Of a DNA stretch of 64,000 nt, positions 38,310-48,171 are shown piece after piece (position 1 is the stretch's first letter; each line of letters starts with the position of its first letter). The notes beneath the pieces were generated by a model. It was not told where the DNA came from. It made no database searches and was given only the letters and a program-made list of their open reading frames with translations. The position numbers were made by a program, and so were the translations under genes. This stretch comes from an uncultured Oscillospiraceae bacterium (lineage in GTDB: Bacteria; Bacillota; Clostridia; Christensenellales; Aristaeellaceae): positions 3,111 through 67,110 of the forward strand of contig CAZUXV010000002.1 in assembly GCA_964624445.1 (NCBI GenBank). Direction: 5' to 3'.

Positions 38310-38655
38310 AAGGAATGCCGGTAAACCGCAGAGATGTAAACCCGGCTGACATGTCCTACTGCGAGCCTGTTCCGGCCGCATGTCTTCGTGCGTTTCGGCT
38401 GGGGACTGAACAGGGACTTCCACCAGACACTCGGTTTATTAAAGCTTACAGGGTTCTCTCCTGCATCTCCACCAACCATGCTTAGGGCTTACGCGACCCC
38501 GCATGGTAAATGCTCCAGCTTCAGAAACAGCGTACCTTGACCGGAGAGGGACTGACCATATCCCTAAGATCAGCCGGAAGGTTTTTCGAGGGTTCTGCCA
38601 GTCGTGATTTTGGCAGGCAGGAATTACAACGGGCTTACACCGAAACCTCTTTTGC
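38310..38655 (-). ncRNA. Candidate large structured non-coding RNA (family unassigned)
   Basis: Closing helix GGTGTAAGCCCG (38641-38630) with CGGGTTTACATC (38344-38333); inner CTGCCA/TGGCAG, AGGGA/TCCCT, ACCATGC/GCATGGT, CCTGTTC/GAACAGG. Confidence 0.55.
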
Positions 38656-38660
38656 CGATG

Positions 38661-38733
38661 TGGACAGTACCGGGCTCGAACCGATGACCTCCTGCTTGTA
38701 AGGCAGGTGCTCTCCCAACTGAGCTAACCGTCC
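38661..38733 (-). tRNA. tRNA-Val(TAC)
   Basis: Cloverleaf, loop CTTACAA; CCA not encoded. Confidence 0.95.
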
Positions 38734-38865
38734 ATAAAGTAGCTGTCCTTTGCACTGAAAAGATGAACAAGGAACCAGTGAGGAGAGCAGGGCGACTTGT
38801 GCCTATTGGCTGATGCGCCCCGGATGCTTGTAGCATCCTCGAAAGGAGGCGGTTGACAATCCGCG

Positions 38866-38939
38866 TAGACCTGGTGGGACTCGAACCCACGACCACCGGT
38901 TTATAAGACCGGCACTCTAACCGACTGAGTTACAGGTCA
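38866..38939 (-). tRNA. tRNA-Ile(TAT)
   Basis: Cloverleaf, anticodon stem CCGGT/ACCGG, loop CTTATAA, discriminator A; U1-U72 mismatch. Confidence 0.88.
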
Positions 38940-38945
38940 GCGTAA

Positions 38946-39020
38946 TGGGCGCGGGGGCAGGACTCGAACCTGCGACCTCCTGGGTATGAGCCAGGCCATC
39001 TTCCGCTGATATACCCCGCA
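38946..39020 (-). tRNA. tRNA-Met(CAT), initiator-like
   Basis: TGCGGGG start with U1-G72, loop CTCATAC, GCAGGTTCGAGTCCTGC T arm, encoded CCA. Confidence 0.85.
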
Positions 39021-39065
39021 TTATGGCGTTCGCCCTTTGCCGAATCAGAGCGAACGCAAGTTTAA

Positions 39066-39581
39066 TTAAAACGGAAGCTCGTCTTCCGGGACATCCACCG
39101 GGATTACTCCGCCGGGGACAGTGGGCGCAACTGCGGCGGCCTCCGCGGCAGGCTGCGTTCCAGCAGCAGGCGCGCCCGGTTCGGTTCCGTTGACAGGGTT
39201 GCTCAGGAATTCAGTCCGGGGCGCGTTGCAATGGATTTCCAGATTCAGCAGCGGCTCGTCAGTGACGTTGCCGTTGACATCCTTCTTATAGATCACCTTT
39301 CCATTCGCGTCCCTCGCGACATTGATGGTGGGCTCTCCGTAGATATAAACCTTGCGTCCCTTCTTCAGGAACTTGCCGCAGTTTTCCGCGTCAGAGCCGT
39401 AGACGGTGACACGGAAGTAGTCCGTCGTCTTCTCGAAGCTGTAAGTTCCATCCGGGAGGCGCTTGCGGGCGGTGGAATTAACAGCCACCGAGTAGTTGCA
39501 GATAGCTGTTCCGTTCTGGGTCACACGAAGCTCCGGGTCCCTGGTCAGATTGCCGAGGATGTGAATAATCTTGTTACTCAT
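39066..39581 (-). CDS. ssb: Single-stranded DNA-binding protein
   Basis: NKIIHILGNLTRDPELRVT, YSVAVN, TDYFRV, KGRKVYIYG, C-terminal EDELPF; start placed at ATG 39581. Confidence 0.93.
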   Translation of the reverse strand: MSNKIIHILGNLTRDPELRVTQNGTAICNYSVAVNSTARKRLPDGTYSFEKTTDYFRVTVYGSDAENCGKFLKKGRKVYIYGEPTINVARDANGKVIYKKDVNGNVTDEPLLNLEIHCNAPRTEFLSNPVNGTEPGAPAAGTQPAAEAAAVAPTVPGGVIPVDVPEDELPF

Positions 39582-39689
39582 GTGTACGTTACTCCTTGTT
39601 TGTTTATTGCACATTCGGCTTTGTGCAACTTAATAATACTTATTATTTTGGGAATTTTACATAAATTATTGCGTAGTGCGAATTAAATT

Positions 39690-42206
39690 TTAACTTTTTC
39701 GGGTTGTCCTCTTTTTACGCCTGGCTGGCTTTTTCGGAGCACTTTTGACGATGCTTTCTGTCGCGGCCGGTTCCTCGTTTTTGATATCGTCTGTTCTGTA
39801 CCAGCTGATGTTATCTGCATCCATAACGATAACGCCGCGCTTTTCTCCGGTCCCGAGGATTATTCCGTCTGTACTGCCTTCTGTAATCAGATCCTCATAC
39901 ATGAATCTTGCGATCTGCGGAGGGCCGTCGTGCTTCGCAAAGGCGTTTTTAAACAGCGTAAAACCGCAGTTCTGTGAGCATGAATAGCCCCACAAATATT
40001 CCTTGACGCTGTTTTTGTGGCAGTGCGGGCAGTTTGAGGTCCGGGAGTTAACGCTTATAATGGACGATACGACCGTTTCGTTATTCTTAATGAAATATAG
40101 GCTCGGATAACCGAATTTAGTATCGAAATACATCACGCCGTCCGCGTATGAGTATTTATGTTCGGACAGCAGCCCCCTTATCGTCTCCGCTGTGATCGTG
40201 TAGTTATACTTCTTAAAGAAGGTATCCTTCCATACCGTAAACCCGCAGTTCTTCCATTCCGTACAGCTGAAAGCAAATTGCGTTTCTGTTACAGTTCCCT
40301 TCCCGCAGACAGGACATACAAAGTCGTCCATCTTCTGAACTTTTACTTCTTTCCTTGACTTGTCTTCAAAAGCGGACTCGTTGAAGGGCTTGTCATTCGT
40401 CTGCGCGTATTCAACCAGCCACTTTGCGAACCTGCAGATGCTTTCCCTGAACTTTGCCGGGTCCTGTGCGTTCTCCGCTATTTTATCAAGCGCCTTTTCC
40501 CATCTTCCGGTAGTTTCAGCGGAAGTGATTTCATCCGGCGCAATCTGGATCAGCGCACAGCCCTTGTCTGTCGCGACGATCAGTTTGCCGTCGCGCTTTG
40601 CATACTTTAGCTTGATAATGCGTTCAATAATCGAAGCCCTGGTCGCTGGTGTTCCGATACCATGACCTTTCATCTGCTGGACGATTTCCTCGTCCTCGGA
40701 ATCCTTTCCGGCTGTTTCCATAGCAAGAAGGAGTGAAGCGTCCGTGTAATGGGACGGCGGTTTCGTCTGCTTTTCTTTGAGGGTTGCGTCTTTAACGGTT
40801 CGGATATCGCCCTTTTTCACGACCGGGAGAATCTGGTCCTCTTCCTCCCCTGTTTCTTCTTCTTTTTCGGTATCTTCCGTTTTTCCGCGGGCGGGCTTGA
40901 TTTCCCTCCAGCCCGCCACCAGTATTGTTGTTCCTGTCGTTCGGAAATTAAACCTGCCAACGGTAGTAATGATCTTCGTTGATTCGTACTCGCAGACAGG
41001 GTAGAACGCGGCAAGCATTCTTCGGACAACGAGGTCGTAGAGCATTCTTTCGTCTTCACGCATTTTATCCACGTCAGCCCGTTTGGGTGTCGGAAGAATC
41101 GCGTGATGGTCACTGACCTTGCTGGCGTCAACAATTCGTTTGTTATTCAGCGCTTTACTTGCCGGGAGGGCCTTGCCTATCATGGGCTGATATTCCTCCG
41201 GAAGCATTTTCATGGTCTGCTCAACCACGGGAATCATATCCGGCGGAAGATACCGGCTGTCAGTGCGCGGATATGTAAGCGCCTTATGCTCCTCATAGAG
41301 GGATTGCGCGAGCTGAAGAGTTCTTTCCGCCGTAAACCCGAACTGCCGGTTTGCGTCACGCTGCAGGGTAGTCAGATCATACAGCTGCGGAGGCTGGCTT
41401 TTCTTTTTTACAACCTCCACAGAAGCGACTGTACCAGGTCGGCCTTTTACAAGCTCAATGACTTTTTCCGCCTGCTCTGTTTTCGGTATATGCGTATCTG
41501 GATCCAGCTGTTCGGAGAAGAAAATTCCCTTATAATCCCCGAAGTCCGCCGTAACGGTTGCGTACGGAACGGGCACGAAATTCCGGATCTCATTCAGGCG
41601 TTTGACAAGAAACGCAAGCGTCGGCGTCTGAACCCGTCCGACAGACAGCAGCGTATTGTACCGAAGCGTAAACGCCCGGCTTGCGTTCATACCAACCAGC
41701 CAGTCCGCTTCAGATCTCGCCCTGGCCGAACGGTACAACGCGTCGTAATGGCTTCCGGGCTCCAGATGATTCATGCCGTCCCGGATCGCCTCGTCAGTCA
41801 GTGAACTGATCCACAGGCGATTGAAAGGCTTTTTACATTTGGACTGGATATAGATATACCGGAAGATCAGTTCACCCTCCCGCCCGGCATCTGTAGCGCA
41901 GACCAGGCTGTCTGTATTCTTGTCATTGATCAGCTTTGAAACGATTTTATACTGAGACGACGTTTCCCGGATCACTTTCAGCGGTATATCCTGAGGAAGT
42001 ATAGGCAGGGCTTCCATTGACCATACCTTATACTTCTCAGGATCCATTTCATCCGGTTCCTGAAGCGTTACGAGGTGTCCGACCGCCCAGGTCACAATAT
42101 AACGGTCATTGCTCAACGAACCTTCTTCCTGCCTTGAGCAGCCGAGAACCTTTGCGATACTTCTTCCAACGGACGGCTTTTCTGCCAGAACGACTATCTT
42201 GCCCAT
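39690..42206 (-). CDS. topB: DNA topoisomerase III (type IA) with C-terminal zinc ribbons
   Basis: LAEKPSVG, VTWAVGHL, ATDAGREGELIF, SVGRVQTPTL, TYPRTDS, DHHAI, GIGTPATRASII. Confidence 0.95.
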   Translation of the reverse strand: MGKIVVLAEKPSVGRSIAKVLGCSRQEEGSLSNDRYIVTWAVGHLVTLQEPDEMDPEKYKVWSMEALPILPQDIPLKVIRETSSQYKIVSKLINDKNTDSLVCATDAGREGELIFRYIYIQSKCKKPFNRLWISSLTDEAIRDGMNHLEPGSHYDALYRSARARSEADWLVGMNASRAFTLRYNTLLSVGRVQTPTLAFLVKRLNEIRNFVPVPYATVTADFGDYKGIFFSEQLDPDTHIPKTEQAEKVIELVKGRPGTVASVEVVKKKSQPPQLYDLTTLQRDANRQFGFTAERTLQLAQSLYEEHKALTYPRTDSRYLPPDMIPVVEQTMKMLPEEYQPMIGKALPASKALNNKRIVDASKVSDHHAILPTPKRADVDKMREDERMLYDLVVRRMLAAFYPVCEYESTKIITTVGRFNFRTTGTTILVAGWREIKPARGKTEDTEKEEETGEEEDQILPVVKKGDIRTVKDATLKEKQTKPPSHYTDASLLLAMETAGKDSEDEEIVQQMKGHGIGTPATRASIIERIIKLKYAKRDGKLIVATDKGCALIQIAPDEITSAETTGRWEKALDKIAENAQDPAKFRESICRFAKWLVEYAQTNDKPFNESAFEDKSRKEVKVQKMDDFVCPVCGKGTVTETQFAFSCTEWKNCGFTVWKDTFFKKYNYTITAETIRGLLSEHKYSYADGVMYFDTKFGYPSLYFIKNNETVVSSIISVNSRTSNCPHCHKNSVKEYLWGYSCSQNCGFTLFKNAFAKHDGPPQIARFMYEDLITEGSTDGIILGTGEKRGVIVMDADNISWYRTDDIKNEEPAATESIVKSAPKKPARRKKRTTRKS

Positions 42207-42244
42207 GCAATCCCTTCATATACAATATGATAATATCAAGCATA

Positions 42245-42262
42245 CAGTAATACTGTAATACG
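42245..42262. repeat. Two GTAATAC heptamers (reverse complement of GTATTAC) upstream of topB
   Basis: CAGTAATACTGTAATACG, same motif as around parA. Confidence 0.55.
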
Positions 42263-42278
42263 ATGTGCTTCCCGGAGC

Positions 42279-45200
42279 TTAGTCCTGTTTGACGGGCTTC
42301 TGAGGCACGGTAAACATATACAGCGTGCTTTCCGGCATATAATTTTCATCTAAGCGGAGACGAATTGTATCATTGGACAGCGTGTATCCTTCCGGCGCGC
42401 CATCCTGCGCAATGACGTATTTCCCCTTACGCAGTCCCTTGAATCTTACATGGCCGGTTTCGTCTGAAGTGGAATAAACAGTTTCCTCTGTTTCCGTGCT
42501 TTTGATACTGAACAGGATGTTCGGCAGAGGATTTCCCTTGTTGTCAATGGCGACAAACTCATAATAATCAGGCATTGTTACCATAACGACAGTGCCGTTT
42601 GTGATATGTGTTTTATCGACAATGAGCTCGTAATCGTCCACCTGAGAGGTTCCGGCAGGGATGCCTGTTTCGCGGATGATATATTCGCCGTAATCATAAT
42701 TCGTAAACTCAAACCGTCCGGAAGCATCCGTAACAACGGTTTCGGCAACAGATGCGTCGTCCTTGTCAATTAGAGAGAATTCCGCGCCGTACACTCCGTT
42801 ATTACGGGAATCGACCAGCTGGAACGATGCGTTTTTGGGGAGGCAAACAAAACCGTACATCCTGCTGTATATTTCTGTGTTGGCGCTGCCGGACACGAGA
42901 TCATACACCGTTTTTGACTTCAGGTATCCTGCCGGGGCGGAGGACATGCTGACTTTATATCTGCCGTATGGGACAGCGGTAAAGCAGGCAGCGCCGTCCT
43001 CTCCTGTCATAACAGTCTGGAGGATGCTTCCCTGGCTGTTCATCAGCGTAAGTTCTGAACCTTTAAGCGGATCTCCCTTATAATTTAGACTGCGGAAATA
43101 GACCTTATTGATCTCGGTTCTGATAACCGCCGCGTTTTCCTGGTTCCGGTACACGCCGTCAACGCGCACCCGTACAATGCTGCTGTTATGGATGTACCCT
43201 GGAGCCGGGATGCATTCCGTAATTTCATGCTCTCCATACGAGAGTCGGGTGAACTCGGCAATACCGTTTTTATCAGTGATACAGTGTTCGCTACGCTCGG
43301 TAGTTTTATTCCTCAGTAGAATATCCGCCGACGGGACAGGGTTGCCCTCCGCGTCTGTTACCTGAATACGGACACGGTTTTCTTCATAGAGGAGGGTTGT
43401 TTCTCCGCTGATCGTGCCGTCCGGCATAACAGTAAACCTGTATTCTGAATTATTCATTGCGTAACTTTCCGGCGCGAGAACAGGCTTTACAACATAATCC
43501 CCGGCTTTCAGGCGAACAGTTTCGTTCAGATCCTCTATGTATCCTTCATAAAGCATTTCGTCATTCTGCAGGACACGCGCATACGCTCCGGCAAGGCCGG
43601 CGCCTGTTCCGGAATCCTCCGCGGCAAACGAAACATTGTAAAATTCATTAGGCTTTTCATAAACTGTGAGGAAGCACCCGGGCGTTTCAATATTGAATTG
43701 CGTTTTGTTCGTCAGGTCAGGCGTACCGTTGGCATCCTGTACTGGCGCGATAAAGTATTCACCTTCCGAAAGCTGCATAAGATACAACGCCTGTCCGGCA
43801 TAAGCCGTCTTTGACACCAGCATAGCATCCCCTGCATACAGCCCGTAAACCATACTGTTTTTCAAGCCTTCCGCTGATTCGTAAGGTACAAATCGGACAA
43901 GTCCAGTTTGGGGCTTAAGCGCTATCTCAACAGGGACAAAATTCTCGTTTTCGCTGTCTATATGGATCTTCGCCGGATTTTCAGCCAGCTCGTATCCCTT
44001 CGGGAGATTGCTTGCGAACAGCATATAATCCCCCATAGGCACGGGCGTTGAAACGACAGGGCCCTTGCCGCTGGTTGATATAGTGACAACTGAAGGCGAT
44101 AAGATATTTCCCTTTACAGAAACATTCACATCCCCCGCAAGCTTCCGTTTCCCGTCCGGCATAGTGATATATGCACTGATCGACAGCTTTTTATCCGCGG
44201 GAATGCTTACAACCTTTACTGTTTTTATCTTCGGGTCTGTCTCTTCAATCGTGAAAAGTATATCTTCCGATTCTTTGTACCTCTCGTCAGATTCTGTCTG
44301 CCTGAGGACATAATCCCCCGGGTCAAGCGTGACTTCATTGCTTGTCTCATTATCCAGCCGGACTTCCGCTATAACGGTTTCATCCTGCACAATCTCAAAA
44401 GCGCCTCCGCCATGGACCTGGTTTCCTTCCTCGTCAACAAGGGACACCGTGATGGAGTGAACAGGTTTGTCCTCCTTGAAAGAGGCTTCTATGGGGTTCT
44501 GCGCGTCAGGGACAACGGACACTTTTATCTTGACGCCTTCCTGTTTGACAGTCCAGTCCCCGTATGGGAGTGCTTCCACAAGCGCAACACCGTTTTCATC
44601 CGACACAACAGATCTGCGGTTTGCGGCGGAGGCGGATTTATAGCTCTTATTTTCAGCACGATATACTTCGATGGTTGTTCCTGCCTTCGGATTTCCTTCG
44701 TCATCTGCCAGAGTGATTTTTACGTCCCTCGTGACAGGCGTTTTTAATACCGGGATCTGGTATTCCGTCTGATCCGGTATAATCTCAAAAGGTATATCCT
44801 CCGCCCTGGTATATCCTGTTCCGGCACTGGTTTCATGCAGCAGATAATTTCCTTCCAGCATCAGGACGACCGAGGCGGACTTTCTCTTGCTTCCGACAGG
44901 ATCTATCTCCGCGACAACAGTCCCCGCATCATAGTACGGATTATTTTCGCCTGCGATAATCTGGTATCCGCAGTCAAGGATGTTGCACCGCTCTGTTATT
45001 TTCGGGTTCTTGGTTCTGTAATTGCCGATATCTGTTTCTTCCCGGGGATAAACGGTTACCGTATAGGCATTACTGTACACCCCCCATCGGACGGATGTGG
45101 TGCGCCTGTACGCAACCTTGCCCTTTGCGGCGGAATCGTTCTCGTTTTTCAGATAATACCCGGCCGGCAGCCCGGTCAGTTTAAGCGCATACTCGTCTAC

Positions 45201-47201
45201 GGGTATGGAATCGCTGAGCGCTTTTCCTGTCTCATCCGTGACAACAGTCGCAACAACGGCGTCCTGCTTCATGATATCGACAGACGCGCCGCTTACAGGC
45301 TTGTCTGTTCGTTTGTCCGTAACGGACACCTCAATAAATCCAGAAATCGGGTCGTTCAGGATATCAACGGTTGCATTGTCGTACGCAATAGTGAATTCAA
45401 CATCCTTTGCGGCTTCATATCCCTTAAACTCTGTAAGCTGTCTTGCGAGATAACTGCCGGGGGAAAGTTGATCGACGGTCATTACGCCAAGCGTCGGGCT
45501 TCCTTTAACGATAAGCTCGTCTGTTTCACCGTGTTTATACAGTTCGACCTCGCACGGGTTGTTTAACAATTCGCTGTTGGAGGAATTTGTGATACGAATT
45601 TCCGCTGTAAAGACCTTTTTGCGGCATACAATCTGAATGGATGTGCTTTCGGCTGCAATAATCGTTCCGGACGGTACATCCTCGAATGTCCGTGGCTGGC
45701 TGATTACATCGTATGTGTATTCTCCTGGCAAACACGGAACAATCGCTTTTCCGTCGTTCGTTTCCACAGTGTAAACACTTCCGTTTTCATCTGTCATGCG
45801 GATCACCAGTCCGTTTACAGGCTCTCCGTCTTCGTTCACCGCTGTTATGGTCACTTCTACGGCCTGCGGATAACGCAGACGGGCATACTTCGCGGGGTGC
45901 GCGGAGGACGGCTTCATTAACGCTGCCAGGACAGGGTAATCGCCGCTTTCAGGCTGTGAGAACTGGACGATTTGTTCGTTTGTGTTGATCAGGACCGGGA
46001 TTGCGGTTTCACTGGTATCTGAGTCAGGGCTTGTCAGTATGCTGACAACGGCCGATCCTTCTGTGCCGTAATACGCTTCCGCTGTATCCTGGGCGTTTTC
46101 TATCCGCACTACTTCCGAGGGAAGATATTTCTTTTCTATCTTCCATCCATCCGGGGAATTGGTTGTTATACGGACGCTTGACCGATAAATGCCGTCGCGC
46201 AGCAACGGATCTTCTTCTACATCGCACGAGACATACAGCGCCTGTTCTTCAGTGTAGGATGCGTATGCTGTCAGGGCGTTTTCATACAGCCAGCAGGCAT
46301 AGCTGAAGTAATCCATGCTGAACTCGTCCGTATTGAAAGCAGATATGCCTTCATACAGGTCAATCTTATGCTCCAGGGCTGTTGTTTCACCCATATAAGC
46401 CAGTATCGCGACGGATGCGGCGGTACGGCTTGCGTTGAAGTAGTCTTTTGTATATCCGGTGTAGATTTTATAAGGCGGACTGTTTTCGAGGATGCTCTTC
46501 AGACCGGCCATTACGCGCTGGTCCTTGATATATTCGCTGTTTATAGCATAGCAGATCTTTCCGTCTGAAGACGGGAGATTGTACGCAAGCTCGTTAACTG
46601 GATAGTGGGATATGCCGTAAAGAGTTATTTCAGGGGTGTACAGGGATTTATTATTATTGATAAACGGCTGGCTGTTCTGTACCAGCAGCACATCCTTATT
46701 ATCCGCACCCTCCCCTACTGAGCGTGTACGGACAGTAAACGTAACACCTTTGTTTTCATCCGGTTCTTCAGCGGTATAGCCAAGATCCATCAGCAGCGCC
46801 GGATCAAAGCCTGCGCTTCCCGTCTGCGGTTCATTGATCGTTTCATACGAAACAATCGCGTTGGCCAGGCTTATGTCGTTGCCAAGCACGGGCATGGCGT
46901 CTTTTTCCTTGATATATACCGTTCTTTCACCGGAAGTCGATCCTTCGCTTGCGTCTTTATCCAGTTCGGAGTCATAGTAGTATTCCGCTTCTATCCAGCC
47001 CGTATCCAGCCGGTTCCTGATCAGAAGGTTTCCTTCCTTTGCAAAGTATCCGGCCTGGAACACTTCATCCTCTGACGGTTCAAGGTATACAGGAGTATAC
47101 TTTGCCACACGGCAATACTCAGGGCTTTCCACGGCCGCTGCCATTCCAATGCCAGCGCAAAGCATAGCAAGAATCAGTACGGATATAATGATTTTACGCA
47201 T
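42279..47201 (-). CDS. Large exported protein with tandem CnaB/SpaA-type (prealbumin-like) domains
   Basis: Signal peptide; repeated D..G.P..GA...TD..G......L.YG.Y...E...P.GY units; no C-terminal sortase motif or TM. Confidence 0.85.
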   Translation of the reverse strand: MRKIIISVLILAMLCAGIGMAAAVESPEYCRVAKYTPVYLEPSEDEVFQAGYFAKEGNLLIRNRLDTGWIEAEYYYDSELDKDASEGSTSGERTVYIKEKDAMPVLGNDISLANAIVSYETINEPQTGSAGFDPALLMDLGYTAEEPDENKGVTFTVRTRSVGEGADNKDVLLVQNSQPFINNNKSLYTPEITLYGISHYPVNELAYNLPSSDGKICYAINSEYIKDQRVMAGLKSILENSPPYKIYTGYTKDYFNASRTAASVAILAYMGETTALEHKIDLYEGISAFNTDEFSMDYFSYACWLYENALTAYASYTEEQALYVSCDVEEDPLLRDGIYRSSVRITTNSPDGWKIEKKYLPSEVVRIENAQDTAEAYYGTEGSAVVSILTSPDSDTSETAIPVLINTNEQIVQFSQPESGDYPVLAALMKPSSAHPAKYARLRYPQAVEVTITAVNEDGEPVNGLVIRMTDENGSVYTVETNDGKAIVPCLPGEYTYDVISQPRTFEDVPSGTIIAAESTSIQIVCRKKVFTAEIRITNSSNSELLNNPCEVELYKHGETDELIVKGSPTLGVMTVDQLSPGSYLARQLTEFKGYEAAKDVEFTIAYDNATVDILNDPISGFIEVSVTDKRTDKPVSGASVDIMKQDAVVATVVTDETGKALSDSIPVDEYALKLTGLPAGYYLKNENDSAAKGKVAYRRTTSVRWGVYSNAYTVTVYPREETDIGNYRTKNPKITERCNILDCGYQIIAGENNPYYDAGTVVAEIDPVGSKRKSASVVLMLEGNYLLHETSAGTGYTRAEDIPFEIIPDQTEYQIPVLKTPVTRDVKITLADDEGNPKAGTTIEVYRAENKSYKSASAANRRSVVSDENGVALVEALPYGDWTVKQEGVKIKVSVVPDAQNPIEASFKEDKPVHSITVSLVDEEGNQVHGGGAFEIVQDETVIAEVRLDNETSNEVTLDPGDYVLRQTESDERYKESEDILFTIEETDPKIKTVKVVSIPADKKLSISAYITMPDGKRKLAGDVNVSVKGNILSPSVVTISTSGKGPVVSTPVPMGDYMLFASNLPKGYELAENPAKIHIDSENENFVPVEIALKPQTGLVRFVPYESAEGLKNSMVYGLYAGDAMLVSKTAYAGQALYLMQLSEGEYFIAPVQDANGTPDLTNKTQFNIETPGCFLTVYEKPNEFYNVSFAAEDSGTGAGLAGAYARVLQNDEMLYEGYIEDLNETVRLKAGDYVVKPVLAPESYAMNNSEYRFTVMPDGTISGETTLLYEENRVRIQVTDAEGNPVPSADILLRNKTTERSEHCITDKNGIAEFTRLSYGEHEITECIPAPGYIHNSSIVRVRVDGVYRNQENAAVIRTEINKVYFRSLNYKGDPLKGSELTLMNSQGSILQTVMTGEDGAACFTAVPYGRYKVSMSSAPAGYLKSKTVYDLVSGSANTEIYSRMYGFVCLPKNASFQLVDSRNNGVYGAEFSLIDKDDASVAETVVTDASGRFEFTNYDYGEYIIRETGIPAGTSQVDDYELIVDKTHITNGTVVMVTMPDYYEFVAIDNKGNPLPNILFSIKSTETEETVYSTSDETGHVRFKGLRKGKYVIAQDGAPEGYTLSNDTIRLRLDENYMPESTLYMFTVPQKPVKQD

Positions 47202-47272
47202 ATCTACCGCTTCTCCCTATCATCGGTTCATTTACGCCGTCTGGCGCTTTTGTTATGCAGAATGCAGGATTT

Positions 47273-48151
47273 TTAAGGCTCAATCGTGAGGACAATACCC
47301 GCCTGAGGATACCGTCCCGGGTAATTAACAATCGCGTTTCCTGCTGCCGGCTCGTCGTTATAAGGCAGCAGGTTGTAGACTTCTTCATCCACTGCGACCG
47401 GAATGCTCCCCTGTTTTATCACTCCGTTCTCGTCACAGTCATACAATTCGGTTTTGCCGTTAACTTCCGCGAAAGTCCTGTAGAACCTTGCGCCTGTTTT
47501 TGTCACGCAGGCATACAGGTTATCACTGAGAAGATGATATTTTTCCTTGTCCAGAGTCAGTTCATCCGGGGATCTACGCACGGGGTTTGCATACGTTTCA
47601 GCGCTCTGGTCCACAGGCGTTACGGACAACACCTCAAGGGTCGTTTTTCCGTCAGAAAGCTTTTTGATCGTTGCGTCAAAATAGCCTTCCAGTTCTTCCT
47701 GGTTCACATTATTGATCTTTTTCCATCTTATTCCGTACACACGGAGGCAAACATTTCCTTCTGCGTCCTGATATGCCCATACCGGGTTCTTGATTCCAAG
47801 GACAGAAACAGGAGAATACCGGTCATAAGCTTCCGCGGGCGTTTTATACTCCAGCGGGCTCGTGGTCTCAATGCGAACGTTAGTGGACTCTTCTCCTGTA
47901 AGATCAATCACTTCTGCTTCGGGAAGGTTTGTGGTGATTATTTCCACGCCTTCTTCTATGGACTGCAGGACTTCCGGCGCGTCTGTCTGCTTCGCTGAAG
48001 TCTTTTCCGTCTGAGGGGCAACCGTAGGTTTTGTGACAGGCTTGTCCACATTCCCGTGATCGGTCAGGACAAAGTATTTAATACCAAGCACAATAATAGC
48101 CAGAGCGAGCACGACAGAAAGAATGAGCAGAAACACAGATACCTTTTTCAT
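47273..48151 (-). CDS. Membrane-anchored exported hypothetical protein
   Basis: N-terminal TM and Pro/Thr linker; paralogue of the upstream gene. Confidence 0.75.
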   Translation of the reverse strand: MKKVSVFLLILSVVLALAIIVLGIKYFVLTDHGNVDKPVTKPTVAPQTEKTSAKQTDAPEVLQSIEEGVEIITTNLPEAEVIDLTGEESTNVRIETTSPLEYKTPAEAYDRYSPVSVLGIKNPVWAYQDAEGNVCLRVYGIRWKKINNVNQEELEGYFDATIKKLSDGKTTLEVLSVTPVDQSAETYANPVRRSPDELTLDKEKYHLLSDNLYACVTKTGARFYRTFAEVNGKTELYDCDENGVIKQGSIPVAVDEEVYNLLPYNDEPAAGNAIVNYPGRYPQAGIVLTIEP

Positions 48152-48171
48152 TTGTCTATCTCCTTTTTTAT

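Noticed and set aside
38310..38655. RNase P RNA
   Set aside because: The terminal helix resembles P1, but no GAGGAAAGUCC near the 5' end or ACAGAA..CGGCUUA near the 3' end was found in the required order
36238..38896. Short ORFs overlapping tRNAs and structured segments
   Set aside because: They overlap clear tRNA genes, or lack an RBS and protein-like composition
20357..47201. Two unrelated proteins both exactly 1640 aa
   Set aside because: No sequence similarity; treated as coincidence
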